From the IMG/VR virus record IMGVR_UViG_3300045988_162015: 19,956 nt of DNA; one strand, 5' to 3'. The notes under the pieces are model-generated. The model was not told where the DNA came from. It searched no databases and worked only from the letters and a program-made list of their open reading frames with translations. A program made the position numbers and the translations under genes. Of the stretch, positions 1-9,991 are shown piece after piece. Every line of letters begins with the position of its first letter. Position 1 is the first letter of the stretch. This stretch comes from a virus.

Positions 1-658
1 AATAAATTAAAGAAGCATTAGTATAATTAGTAGTAGTTGTACTTAATGCTTGAGCGGCCTTATTAGCTTTTTCAGCAAACTAAGCCATCTAATCATTACT
101 CTATCCAGTAACTATACGAATATCATTTAATGATCTATTTAAATCTTCTGCATAATAATAAGCTTTCTATAAAGAACCCTATACTCCATGCATTAAGTTA
201 GATGAAATTTGCCATTTGGCTGTATTAGCTAATGTCTTTTTAAAATTATCTAATATAGCATTAGTTCTTTTTAAAGGAACTTCAGCATTAATAACAGACT
301 ATGCTAATGCAACAAATGCTTTATCACCTGTTGGGCCTAGATTCTCTAAGTGTGTAGCAAAATCCTAAAGAGTATAACCACTCTAGCTTAAACTCTTTGA
401 AAATTTTGATAAATCTAAACGCCCAGTATTAACATTAGTCGCCTAATCTAAAGCAATTTTTAACTCCTAAACTGCTGCCGAGGCTTCATCTATTTCTTTT
501 TTAGTGGCATTAACATCAAAAAATTTAATATTTTTTGTTGCTATCTAATTCATTAAAGTATCTAATGAACTTTGTAAATCTCGTAATTGCTATTTAGCCT
601 GACCTGTATCAGCTGTAAATCGCATATTAACATTATAATTAGCACTGTTATTAGCCAT
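1..658 (-). CDS. Tail tape-measure-like protein, N-terminal part; the gene runs past the window start. It begins at ATG 656-658 and has 11 in-frame TAG codons in the 219 codons visible.
   Basis: Hand translation of the minus strand: MANNSANYNVNMRFTADTGQAK(Q)QLRDLQSS... stays open to position 1 if TAG is read through. SD AAAGGAGC lies 6-8 nt upstream. It is the last gene after the tail and chaperone genes, and a hairpin terminator sits upstream at 705-735. Confidence 0.5.
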
Positions 659-704
659 AAAATAGCTCCTTTCTCTCATTATAAATTTCTATATATATAA
701 AGAA

Positions 705-735
705 AAGGCGAGAGGAACAAAGCCTCTCGCCTTTT
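705..735 (-). terminator. Rho-independent-type hairpin usable on both strands (GGCGAGAGG-n7-CCTCTCGCC plus a T-run).
   Basis: aaggcgagaggaacaaagcctctcgccttttaat. Confidence 0.55.
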
Positions 736-772
736 AATATTCCTATTTAAATTAGAAATTAATTATAATATT

Positions 773-1300
773 TTAACCCATCTTGGTTAAAATATCTTTT
801 ACTAAAGATAGACTCTCAGGATTAGAAATCTTATCTTGCAGTTCATTAACATCTAAGTTCAAATTAGAATAATTCTGATTCATAGCATCCATAATTCCAT
901 AAACACTATTATGATATTTATAATATCCATTAAGCGTTTCATAAGTATAGACTTCTAAATCATCAGTTTGATTACAATCTACTTGCTTCTTCAATTCTTT
1001 TATAAACCCTGATCCAACAAGTAAATCATAAAGTTTATACAAATCTTCTTTTTGCTTATCAGTAAAAGATAAATTTGTATAATTAAATACTATTGCTAAA
1101 TCCATATACATATGGAAAGCAAATTCATTCAAAAATTCATTATTAAAATCAATGACTTGTTGAATGACCAACTAAGCAATATCCATTCTTTCCTTAATAG
1201 ACAAATACTGCTTTACTTCAATAGATTGCTCATTAAAACTCCATTCTTTTACCTAAGAGTTTTTTTGAAGTGTAAGCTTGGAAAATGCCAATTTTGCCAT
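773..1300 (-). CDS. Hypothetical protein of 175 aa; tail-assembly-chaperone candidate by position. Two in-frame TAGs, at 1253-1255 and 1172-1174.
   Basis: ATG at 1298-1300 with AGGAGG 7 nt upstream. Track ORF 773..1171 is only the C-terminal fragment after the second TAG. Stop is TAA at 773-775. Confidence 0.6.
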
Positions 1301-1378
1301 TACCTCGCCTCCTTCTTTATTATATTTTAAAAAAAATTACCTAGGTAAATTTTTTAATTTTCATTATCTTACAAATAT

Positions 1379-1407
1379 ATTATAACAAAAAAATTTTTTA
1401 AAGTCAA
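1379..1407 (-). promoter_or_regulatory. Consensus sigma70-type promoter on the minus strand (TTGACT-17-TATAAT) upstream of the chaperone-like gene.
   Basis: The reverse complement reads ttgactttaaaaaatttttttgttataat. Confidence 0.5.
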
Positions 1408-1414
1408 AAAAATT

Positions 1415-2734
1415 TTACTAATCCTCAAAAATTTTTTCAAAATTCATACTAATAGGACTATATAGAGCTTGTTCCATGGACATTCTTCTTTTATCATTTT
1501 CTAAAATACTCTTAGATCCCTATTTTTTATTAAAATATAAATTCATTTCTATATCTTTTGCCAATTTAGCTGTTGATAAAACTTTTAAGAATCCTTCTTT
1601 TTTAGGATTATTAATAACTAAAAATTTAGTACGACCAATATCATTAATAAAATTTGCCATTACATTCTAATAAGCATACTTAGTATCTCCAACTCTTTGT
1701 TTAGCCCCTGTTAATTCATAAATAGCTCTAATTCTAAAAAACATTTTAGGTACATCATTATGCTCGGCCATTTTAGAATGCCTTGCCATACAGTTTAACA
1801 TACGAGCATATCTATATAACTTATAACTTGTATCTCCATCAGCTACAGTTAAAAAAACACGATAAGGATTAGTATGACCTAAACCTATAAAACTATTTGA
1901 TAAATAGTTTTTATCACTAAAAGTAGCTAATGATAGAGCGTTAACTACTCGTTCTAACATTGTTGCAGTAGCTGTTATTGAAATATTATAATTTAATCCT
2001 GTATTATCAGCTTTTATCTATTTACTCTAAATAGCACCGACTTTACCATTTTCTTTAATTTGAGTATAAATAGTGACAGCTTTTAAATTATTTTTTTGAC
2101 GTTCTGTTGTAGTATTACCTGAATCTTTTTTTTCCTGCCCAATTTTATAAGCTAGCCTAGAGAAATAATTTATGGCAGTTTTTGTTGCACTATCTATGAC
2201 TCCATCACCAGCATTAATAATTAAATTTTTCATATTAATACTATCAACTAACTGACCAGAACGATGTGTTTGAGGTAAAGGACCATAGGGCATTTCCATA
2301 TTCTAAAAAGCATAGTCAATAGTAGTAATAAATTCATTCATAAAATTTTCTAATAAAGCACCACGTTCAGAACTATTAGCTCCTTTTTTCACCAATCCTC
2401 CATTAGTAAATAAATTAGGATTTACCATATATAACTAATTAAATAATTCGGCTAAAGCCTAATCCTAAACTATTTTTACTAAAGACTCGGTAGTGAAAGA
2501 CATTTTTTTACTATAATTATTTTGTATCTATTTAATTCCATTTAAAACTTCTTCTAATAATTTAGCGTCCTGAACTTCTTTATTAGTAATCATATCATTT
2601 GGTCGAGCTGCTGCTCTATATACTTCTAAAAGACTACTTAAATAAGTAGGAGTATTTACTTCATTTTTATAAGAAACTCCTTTTTGTTTATAATAAACTA
2701 ACTAATTTTTCTAGGCATTTGTTAATTTTGCCAT
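1415..2734 (-). CDS. Large tail structural protein, sheath or tube candidate, 439 aa. It carries 12 in-frame TAG codons.
   Basis: ATG at 2732-2734 with AAAGGAGAT SD. One frame joins track ORFs 2027..2299 and 1667..1960 through TAGs at 2711, 2702, 2510, 2465, 2459, 2435, 2303, 2027, 2018, 1667, 1520 and 1418. Stop is TAA at 1415-1417. Internal Mets have no SD. A hairpin terminator lies just upstream. Confidence 0.6.
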
Positions 2735-2766
2735 ATATTATATCTCCTTTTTCACATAATAAAAAA

Positions 2767-2798
2767 AAGGAGAGGGATTAACCCTCTCCTTTAATAAT
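2767..2798 (-). terminator. Hairpin terminator (GGAGAGGG-ATTAA-CCCTCTCC) followed on the minus strand by T8.
   Basis: Minus-strand reading: aaaggagagggttaatccctctccttttttttatt. Confidence 0.55.
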
Positions 2799-2942
2799 CT
2801 TATCAATAAGTTCATCCTCTGTAAGAGGAATTTTATTCTCTTTTTCTTGAGAATTTTTATTTTCTTTTTTTGATTTTTTAACTATAACTTTTTCTACTTC
2901 AGATGCTTTAACAGGTCGTGGAGCATTAGAGCTAATAATCAT
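2778..2942 (-). CDS. Small Lys/Glu-rich protein of 54 aa: MIISSNAPRPVKASEVEKVIVKKSKKENKNSQEKENKIPLTEDELIDKIIKGEG.
   Basis: Its ATG overlaps the upstream TAA (TAATTATGA). It has no SD of its own, so translational coupling is possible. Its TAA stop lies in the loop of the 2769-2790 hairpin. Confidence 0.35.
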   Translation of the reverse strand: MIISSNAPRPVKASEVEKVIVKKSKKENKNSQEKENKIPLTEDELIDKIIKGEG

Positions 2943-2944
2943 AA

Positions 2945-4036
2945 TTAAATATCAAAATAGCTGTCATGCATCGGATCATGGATAGTTTGAGTACGATAGA
3001 CACTATCATTATCAATATCTTCAATGACCTGAACAGCAGCCAATACTTTCTTAGTAGGATTGAAACGAGTAGTTCCTGGGAAAGCATCAAGTGTGAAAGT
3101 GAAAGTTGCAGGATCGCCAGTAGCAGCCATACTGAAAGTAAAGTTAGACTAAATCTTGCAGTTAGGAATTATAAATTCGGCAGGAAGATCAACACCATCC
3201 TGAGTACGGAATAAGGTAGAAGCTTCAAGATAGAAGTTGCCACCAAAAGATTCAGCGGTAATTTCAATTTGACGAGCATTGCTAGCCTTCTCAATATAAT
3301 AATCAAGAAGAACAACAGAATCTTTAAATGATTCTAATTTATGTACTGCATTAGCTTCAGCTTCATCAACAATCTTATAAGCAGAAGTAATTTCCTTAAT
3401 CTAAAGACCATAATAAATCTAAGTACCAGCTTTAGCCTTAGTATCAGCTTCTGCATCAGTACAAGTCTTATACTTCATTTCAGTTTCATCAAAATAGAAC
3501 TTTTGAGGTTTCGCAACTGCCCCCGCCTCAGTTTGACGAATAACTGTAGGAAGATAAGGCTCAGTTACTGGTTCATCATTGTCAACACGCATAGCATAAA
3601 TATAATATTCACCTTTATGAGCACCCGTGGTAGTATCAATTTGTTCATATGGTAAATTTTTAATAAAAATTTGTACACTATCCTTATCTTCAGAGAGAGC
3701 CACAGCAGTAGTCTTTTCAGTTACATGTTGCTTAATTGTATTCTGTTTAGAAGCATCAATAAGGCCAGCTCCAGCAAGAATCATGAAACCTTCTGCAGAA
3801 ATAAGAGCATCTTCCATAGTGAATGTTAAAGTACGGTCACCGTCCCAAGCTACTAAACGAGCATTGCCGCGTCCGCCTTGTGCATATACGGTCGTAGAAG
3901 CACCTTCAAGGCTAGAAGTCTTTAATGTATCGAAATAAAGAACTGGTTCGTTCGCATAGAAAACTTTATTACCAACCTTCATAGGAGCACGAGCTTTTAA
4001 TACGACATCGCATATCTCACGAACACCAAATTTCAT
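2945..4036 (-). CDS. Structural protein of 363 aa; tail sheath/tube or other major virion protein. Three in-frame TAGs.
   Basis: ATG at 4034-4036 follows AAGGAGG (ATTAAGGAGGAAATAACCTATG). The frame runs through TAG at 3419, 3401 and 3149 into track ORF 2945..3130. Stop is TAA at 2945. Confidence 0.65.
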
Positions 4037-4115
4037 AGGTTATTTCCTCCTTAATAAAATTTAAATTTTATTTATATAACTCGCTACAAAAATTAGTAAA
4101 GCGATTTATACAAAA

Positions 4116-4850
4116 TTAATGAATGTTTTTCATCCAATTGTCAGGTTTTTTATCTGACTTGGCTCCTGCTAATCTACTCTTTACATCAATATCCCAATTA
4201 GTATAAAGAGAAAATCTTTCTATTAAATCGTATAACTAATACAATGTTAAATTCATACAATCTTCTAATGACATTGAATCTAATCCAATAGTCAATGTAG
4301 AAACGTATTGGCTCAAAATGCTTGAATCGGTAACCCCTTTAAGTTCAGCGACCCTTTGACGCCCTTTCATTAATTTATTAGCTATTTCTTGAGCTTTTTT
4401 ATTAGCAGGATTATAATTATCTTGCCCATTTTTATTAGTATCAAAACAAAAAATTTGTCTTGCTACCTACTAAAATAATTCAAAGTTATCATTATCAATA
4501 TTAATCTAAATATCACTTTCATTATACTGAATAACAATAGACCTGGGAGTAAATGTAGACTTTGAATTTGGGAATAGTAATGATAGAACCTATTGCGCAG
4601 CTTTACGCCGTTCATTATTATCTTTCTATAGCATTACCATCATAAATATCTAAAAATTGGTAGTAGTATCCAAATCATTCTTGTCCTGATTTGTTATACT
4701 ATTTTTATTAATACAAAGACACTAAGCACCAGTAAAAAATTCTTTTTCGCCAATTAATGCTATTTCCTTTATCTTAGGCTAATGGAGAGTTAATGGAATT
4801 TCTGGAACAGGTAAATCTGTCCCGCACATTAAACTAAGTTTATAATCCAT
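4116..4850 (-). CDS. Hypothetical virion/neck protein of 244 aa with 9 in-frame TAGs.
   Basis: The frame was rebuilt from reverse-complement strings: MDYKLSLMCGTDLPVPEIPLTLH(Q)PKIKEIALIGEKEFF... ends at TAA 4116-4118. Its start overlaps the upstream stop (TAATG). Confidence 0.55.
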
Positions 4851-5440
4851 TAATTCATTTTAGGCATTTTAAAATAATCCTCGATAAACATTTGTTCATC
4901 AGCAGGATTTGGCATATATTTTTTATCTTCTCCTCCGTGTATTGTATCATATAATAAACAAAGTCCAGCAAATTCATCAGTTAATATAATTTGCTATGCT
5001 CCGACGAAATTAAGTTGCCCAATTCCAGTTAAATGTTTTTTATCTAACATACTATCAAGTTCGGCAGCGATTCTATAAGGTCTTAACTAAAATGAATCAG
5101 CTAATTGCCACTAATCATAATGACAAACAATATCAAATTCAATAGTATTATCCCTAAATTCAGGATTGTCTCCATTAGGAGCAAAGTTATCAAAACTAAT
5201 AACAATATAATTTAAAACATCTTTATCTATATATAATTTTGGTAAATTCCTTATATTTTTACCGAACATTTTTACGAAATTCTAATCACTTACTTCTGGC
5301 AGTCTTAATGCATCAGGAGTAGTATAATAAAGTAATTTACGTAAACGTTGATTCGCGGCCATACGATCAACTATAATTTTCATATCTTTTTCTTGGGCTA
5401 AAAATGCTGACTCTGGATTTTTTACATTATCAATTTTCAT
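4850..5440 (-). CDS. Hypothetical protein of 196 aa with 4 in-frame TAGs.
   Basis: ATG at 5438-5440 follows GAAGGAGAAAACGGAGA. Translation MKIDNVKNPESAFLAQEKDMKIIVDRMAANQRLRK... ends at TAA 4850-4852. Confidence 0.55.
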
Positions 5441-5461
5441 TCTCCGTTTTCTCCTTCATCT

Positions 5462-6457
5462 TTAAAATAAAGATTCAACTACAATGGTTTTACATTCTGG
5501 CCCATAGAATAAATCAAACTACCCACAGTAGGTAGTTTCCCATCGTAATTTTAAAGTATTTGTTTCTTCATTTACTTTAACTGTTAATGGTAATTTTTTA
5601 TCCCAAGTCCATTTACCAGAGTTAATTCCATCATATTTATATTCATATACTACTTTAGGTTTAATAAAAGTATCACCTATAATACCATTTTCTTTACCCT
5701 AATTAGGATCTTGAACCGGCTATATTAAACCGTTAACAATGCCATTATCAATATCATCAGCAGTTTCATTAGAATAATACTCGACAGCATTAATTTCAAT
5801 TATTCCAGGAGTAGAATACAAATCAGTAGCTTCAATACGCCAACATGTTTTATTAGGGTCATTCTATAAATAAAATTTATTATAACGCTAACATAATTTT
5901 ACATTATCATCATTATAAGGTAATAATATATTTAAAGAATGATTAGGTGTATCTATACTAATTTCATGCTTTTGGATGTAATTAATTTTAGTTTCAACAG
6001 GACCGCGCAAAGCTACATAAGTTTTATGATAATTTTTATTTTCATCTTCCCAAGCAATTTCATAAGAACAACGTCTTATATTGCCACGAAAATAAGCTAA
6101 TTCAGTTAAATCCTGTAAATAAATTAACCAATAAGTATTCGTACCTAACCACTAAAAAATATCCCCAGTTTTAAAATTACTTTCAAAACCAATTGAAATA
6201 ATTTTTTCATCATAATCCTATTTTGTTTTATCAGGGTTAATTAATGCACGACGTTCAATAGTATCTTTATCATCATATAATTTTTTTACCAAGGCAGCTT
6301 GATAAGAATAAAGTAAAGCTCTACTTAATGTTTTACGTTTATCTCTTATCATTCGTTCTTGCTGTCCTGTTACTCCATCACCATATAAATATCTTGTAAG
6401 CATATTGGCTTTTGGAATACGATTATACATTGCATCTAAATATTCATTTTTACTCAA
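5462..6457 (-). CDS. Hypothetical structural protein of 331 aa. TTG start and 7 in-frame TAGs.
   Basis: TTG at 6455-6457 follows AAGGGGG. The frame continues from track ORF 6218..6457 through TAG 6218, 6152, 5888, 5864, 5720, 5699 and 5519 to TAA 5462-5464, which sits directly before the next gene's SD. Confidence 0.5.
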
Positions 6458-6743
6458 TGTGAAGCCCCCTTAATAAAGTAATAGCTTCAAACACTGTTTT
6501 TCTATAAATAGGAAATTCAATTTCGATATTTTTTAATCCCTCTAATTTGCTTAAAAGAATTAAATACTAACTATCATTAAAAATTTCTCCAAGACCGGTT
6601 AATTCAATAATTACAGTATTTAACTAAGATATCCAATCTTCTTCATTTTCTCTCATAGGAATTAATTTCCATATCTAATTAGTGAGTCTATTAATATTAG
6701 TATTAATTAAATTATTGTCTATATCAAAATTATATTTAGTCAT
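6450..6743 (-). CDS. Hypothetical head-tail joining-type small protein of 97 aa with 3 in-frame TAGs.
   Basis: ATG at 6741-6743 overlaps the upstream stop (GATGACTAA). AGGGAGG lies 8 nt upstream. Stop TAA at 6450-6452 overlaps the TTG start of the next gene. Confidence 0.5.
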
Positions 6744-7347
6744 CAAGGGCGCTTACCTCCCTTAGAACAGACCAATTGGATTTAATATATCCATCATCAT
6801 CAGTTTTACGACGTTTATATAATCTCTACATATGAAATGCCTGACGTCTTACTTCTGTTCTCAATGATAACAATTTCTACATATGATTAGCCTATGAAGT
6901 AAATTTAAAATCTGTTCCAGAATATTTCATTCTTGTTACTTCGATAGATGCCAATTGACGTTCCACCCAAGCTTCAACCATGATTAAAGCTAAGATATTA
7001 ATTTCTTCATCATCTAAATCGGCATTAAAATAGGAGGTATTTTCCTCAGAAAATATCTCCTAAAAAGCATTATCTATATCAATATTACTACCAGCTACTT
7101 CTTCAGACAAATCTCCACCTAATGGTATATCAATATCTCCGCCATCAATCTCTCCTTTTATAAAATCAGGAGCATCTTCATCTATTAAAACGTAATCTAA
7201 TCGTTTACGCGGAAATTCAAATCCAGGAATACTATCAACAAGTAATTGGCGTAAATCTAAAAATGTATCACGAGGAGTAAGTTCTAAATACATATCATCT
7301 GTTACTTTGCCTAAAAAACGTTCATAAACTTTATAAAAATATGTCAT
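6736..7347 (-). CDS. Hypothetical protein of 203 aa, head-tail connector/adaptor candidate, with 4 in-frame TAGs.
   Basis: ATG at 7345-7347 follows AAGGAGGG. Track ORF 7060..7347 continues through TAG 7060, 6892, 6877 and 6826 to TAA 6736-6738. Confidence 0.55.
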
Positions 7348-7369
7348 ATAAAACCCTCCTTATTTATAA

Positions 7370-7936
7370 TTAACCTTCTTTTACAACATTATAACGAGGA
7401 GCAGTTCTACGACCAGGAGGCGTTGTGGGCTTAGTTTCAGTCTTCACTCTACGTTCAGGAGCTTTTGGAGTAATCTGTTCATCCTCCGCAGCTTCAGCTT
7501 CCTTATTAGCTAATGCTCTATCAAGGTCAAATCCAGTTTTATCTTTAAGAGCTTTACGCTTATTGTAATCACTCATAGGAAGAGATACAGCATAACTCTT
7601 AATCATATCAATAACTCCAATAGGAGCAAAATCAAGGCAGTCAAGGAATTCATCAAGAGTTCCTTCAGTAAGAAGCTTAATAACTCCAGCATCATCTAAA
7701 TAATATTCAGGTTCTGTATGAATACCTAATTCTTCTGTAGTTTCAGTATCCACAATCTTTAAGAAATTTTCCATTAAAGTGCGGCCTCCGCTAAGATAGG
7801 CAAGTTTCTCTAATTCCTCAAAAGGAATTTTCTTAGTTTCTCCAGGTGTAAATTCTCTGCGGATACCTTCTTCAGGAATAGTATAAACAACCATTCCAGC
7901 ACTTCTATTAGTAACTAATAAAATTTTTTTAACCAT
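7370..7936 (-). CDS. Hypothetical head-associated protein of 188 aa with no in-frame TAG.
   Basis: The likely true start is the ATG at 7934-7936 (MVKKILLVTNRSAG...), with AAAGGAGAAT upstream, rather than the track's 7993. Stop is TAA at 7370. A hairpin terminator lies upstream. Confidence 0.6.
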   Translation of the reverse strand: MVKKILLVTNRSAGMVVYTIPEEGIRREFTPGETKKIPFEELEKLAYLSGGRTLMENFLKIVDTETTEELGIHTEPEYYLDDAGVIKLLTEGTLDEFLDCLDFAPIGVIDMIKSYAVSLPMSDYNKRKALKDKTGFDLDRALANKEAEAAEDEQITPKAPERRVKTETKPTTPPGRRTAPRYNVVKEG

Positions 7937-7967
7937 TTTTTTTATTCTCCTTTTACTCATAAAACAA

Positions 7968-8003
7968 AATAGGGGAGAAGGGGATTTCCCCATTCTCCCC
8001 TAA
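7968..8003 (-). terminator. Hairpin terminator after the capsid gene (GGGGAGAA...TTCTCCCC with inner GGGGA/TCCCC) plus a U-rich tail.
   Basis: aggggagaaggggatttccccattctcccc. Confidence 0.55.
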
Positions 8004-8036
8004 AAATATTATATATTAATTTTTAGTTAATATCAA

Positions 8037-9173
8037 TTACGGCTTATCTTCATTACCGCCATCAATAGTATCATGAGAACCAGTAATCTGACCAGCATAG
8101 TCACGGACCTTACCAGTTACGCCATCAAGATGCCATGTCTTCATATCACCAAGAAGTTCAGTATCACAATAGCAGCAGATGTTATTAGCTAACATAGCAA
8201 TAACGCCAACTTTCTTATAAACCTGAATTTCACGACTACGATCATAATTGGTATATTCATCAACAATGGTATTGCCTTCCATAGCAACCTTTACAGGCTT
8301 ACTATCAGCACCAGTAGGAATAATCCAAGCATAACCTGGGTCAATGACTTTCTTTTCATTAGTAGCATCTTCAAAGCCCTGCTCAAGAATAACAACTTTA
8401 TAGCCCTTATAGGAAGCAAGACGGCCAGTATTCCAAAGCTCATTTTTCATAGCTTCAGTATAACGCCAAGCATCCTTCGGAATCATACGAACAGCAAATT
8501 CATAAGTGCAATAAATAGTAGGAGTACCATAAGCAGAAGCAATCATAAGTAACTTATCAAAACCGGGTTCATCAAAACCATTAGCAACTAAACGGTTAGC
8601 AGGAGGTAACTGGTTAACAGAAGCCTTTAAAGCACCGGCAATTTCTTTATAGATAAGTTCATCCATACCTTCCATGACGATCTGGGTAACAACACCAAAA
8701 TCGACACGGCCATCAAGGAATTCCTCAAAGCCAATTTGAGCAGCTCCGCCGATAGCGCTTGTGCGGACTTCAAAGCTTTCTTCAGTCTTACCAAGCTTGA
8801 ATACTTCATAGATACCAGCTAGGCCGACACGAGTGATGAATTGCTTTGCGCGAGTATTGTTGCTGAACTTTCTACGGAAAATAGGCTTGTCACCCTGTTT
8901 AAACGTCTTAACTTCAGCAAACTGATTATATTGCTCTTCAACTTTCTTAGGAAGAACTTCATCAATAGTTTCCTCAATCATCGAGAAAATAAGGTTCTTA
9001 TTATCACGATATAAAGAATAAGTTCCAGCAAGTTCATTTAATTCTCTGCGGAGAGTTTCATTAAGAGCATCATAAGAAAGGCTTTCGCCATTAAAGCTGT
9101 AAGCAGTAGGAGTAGAAGGATCAGCCTTAGCGACAGTCTTCATTAATTGAACAAGATTTTTTCTATCTAACAT
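8037..9173 (-). CDS. Major capsid protein candidate of 378 aa, free of TAG codons.
   Basis: An intact track ORF with an AAAGGAGAGAAG SD. It lies between the scaffold-like gene and a strong terminator. Size and sequence style resemble HK97/T7-fold coat proteins. Confidence 0.6.
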   Translation of the reverse strand: MLDRKNLVQLMKTVAKADPSTPTAYSFNGESLSYDALNETLRRELNELAGTYSLYRDNKNLIFSMIEETIDEVLPKKVEEQYNQFAEVKTFKQGDKPIFRRKFSNNTRAKQFITRVGLAGIYEVFKLGKTEESFEVRTSAIGGAAQIGFEEFLDGRVDFGVVTQIVMEGMDELIYKEIAGALKASVNQLPPANRLVANGFDEPGFDKLLMIASAYGTPTIYCTYEFAVRMIPKDAWRYTEAMKNELWNTGRLASYKGYKVVILEQGFEDATNEKKVIDPGYAWIIPTGADSKPVKVAMEGNTIVDEYTNYDRSREIQVYKKVGVIAMLANNICCYCDTELLGDMKTWHLDGVTGKVRDYAGQITGSHDTIDGGNEDKP

Positions 9174-9190
9174 TTTTCTTCTCTCCTTTC

Positions 9191-9967
9191 TTACGCGATT
9201 CGCATAATCTTAACGCCCTTCTGATGATCAGGCATTTCATAAACCTTGACAACCTACCATTGGATAGAGCCATCACCAGATTTAGAAAGCATACCATCAG
9301 CAGCACGAGGACTTAAAACATCGCCAACTACAAGAGTAGCTTCGGCAATAGTATTAGTCGTAAAAATATCACCAACGTTGGTCTTGAAAACACGAGGAAC
9401 CATATTAGTGCCAGCAGGCATTCTACGGGCCTCATAAGGACCATCAAAATGTAAAGGATCTTCTTCATAGAAGAGTTCACGAATATCAGGACCAGCAGTG
9501 ACATCATCATACTCATAAGTATGTTGTACACCCTGACTATCTGTAATAGTCATAGAAGTATTACCTTCGGCATCCTTGCCGTTTAAATAGCGAGCCTGAC
9601 GTGTACCAATTTCCTGCTTGCCATCATAGGGGCTGTAATAACGAGCCTGATAATCATCTTTGCGCATAGCAAATTCGCAATCAGCTTGTTCCTCACGATA
9701 AAGTTTAATTTCATTATAAACTAACATCCATTCGCCCTTGCCAGTGAAATCAACTTCACCAAGCTCACCAGCAGCATAGTCATACTTAACAAACTGGCCA
9801 TTTTCAAGAAGCTGGATATTTCTGTTAGCAGGTAATTGAGCATAAATCTGACCAGTGCGTTGAGCACTTAAATGATTAGGCTCAACCTGACCATAGCCAT
9901 ATTCAACGTAGCCGCCCTTAACAGCAGATACGCCGCTTAGGTCTTTAAGCATATCTTTTAAAAGCAT
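9191..9967 (-). CDS. Hypothetical head protein. Track ORF 9254..9967 (237 aa) would gain a 20-aa extension if TAG 9254-9256 is read through, ending at TAA 9191-9193.
   Basis: ATG at 9967 follows AAGGAGG. After TAG the same frame reads QVVKVYEMPDHQKGVKIMRIA, then TAA. Confidence 0.5.
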
Positions 9968-9991
9968 TAGGTTTTCCTCCTTAAAAATTTA

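Noticed and set aside
1112-3938. Plus-strand track ORFs 1112..1330, 1476..1670, 2966..3214, 3341..3655 and 3627..3938.
   Set aside because: They sit antisense to long, SD-led minus-strand genes. They have no SD, and their composition is low-complexity and rich in I/L/F/S. They are shadow ORFs of AT-rich coding DNA.
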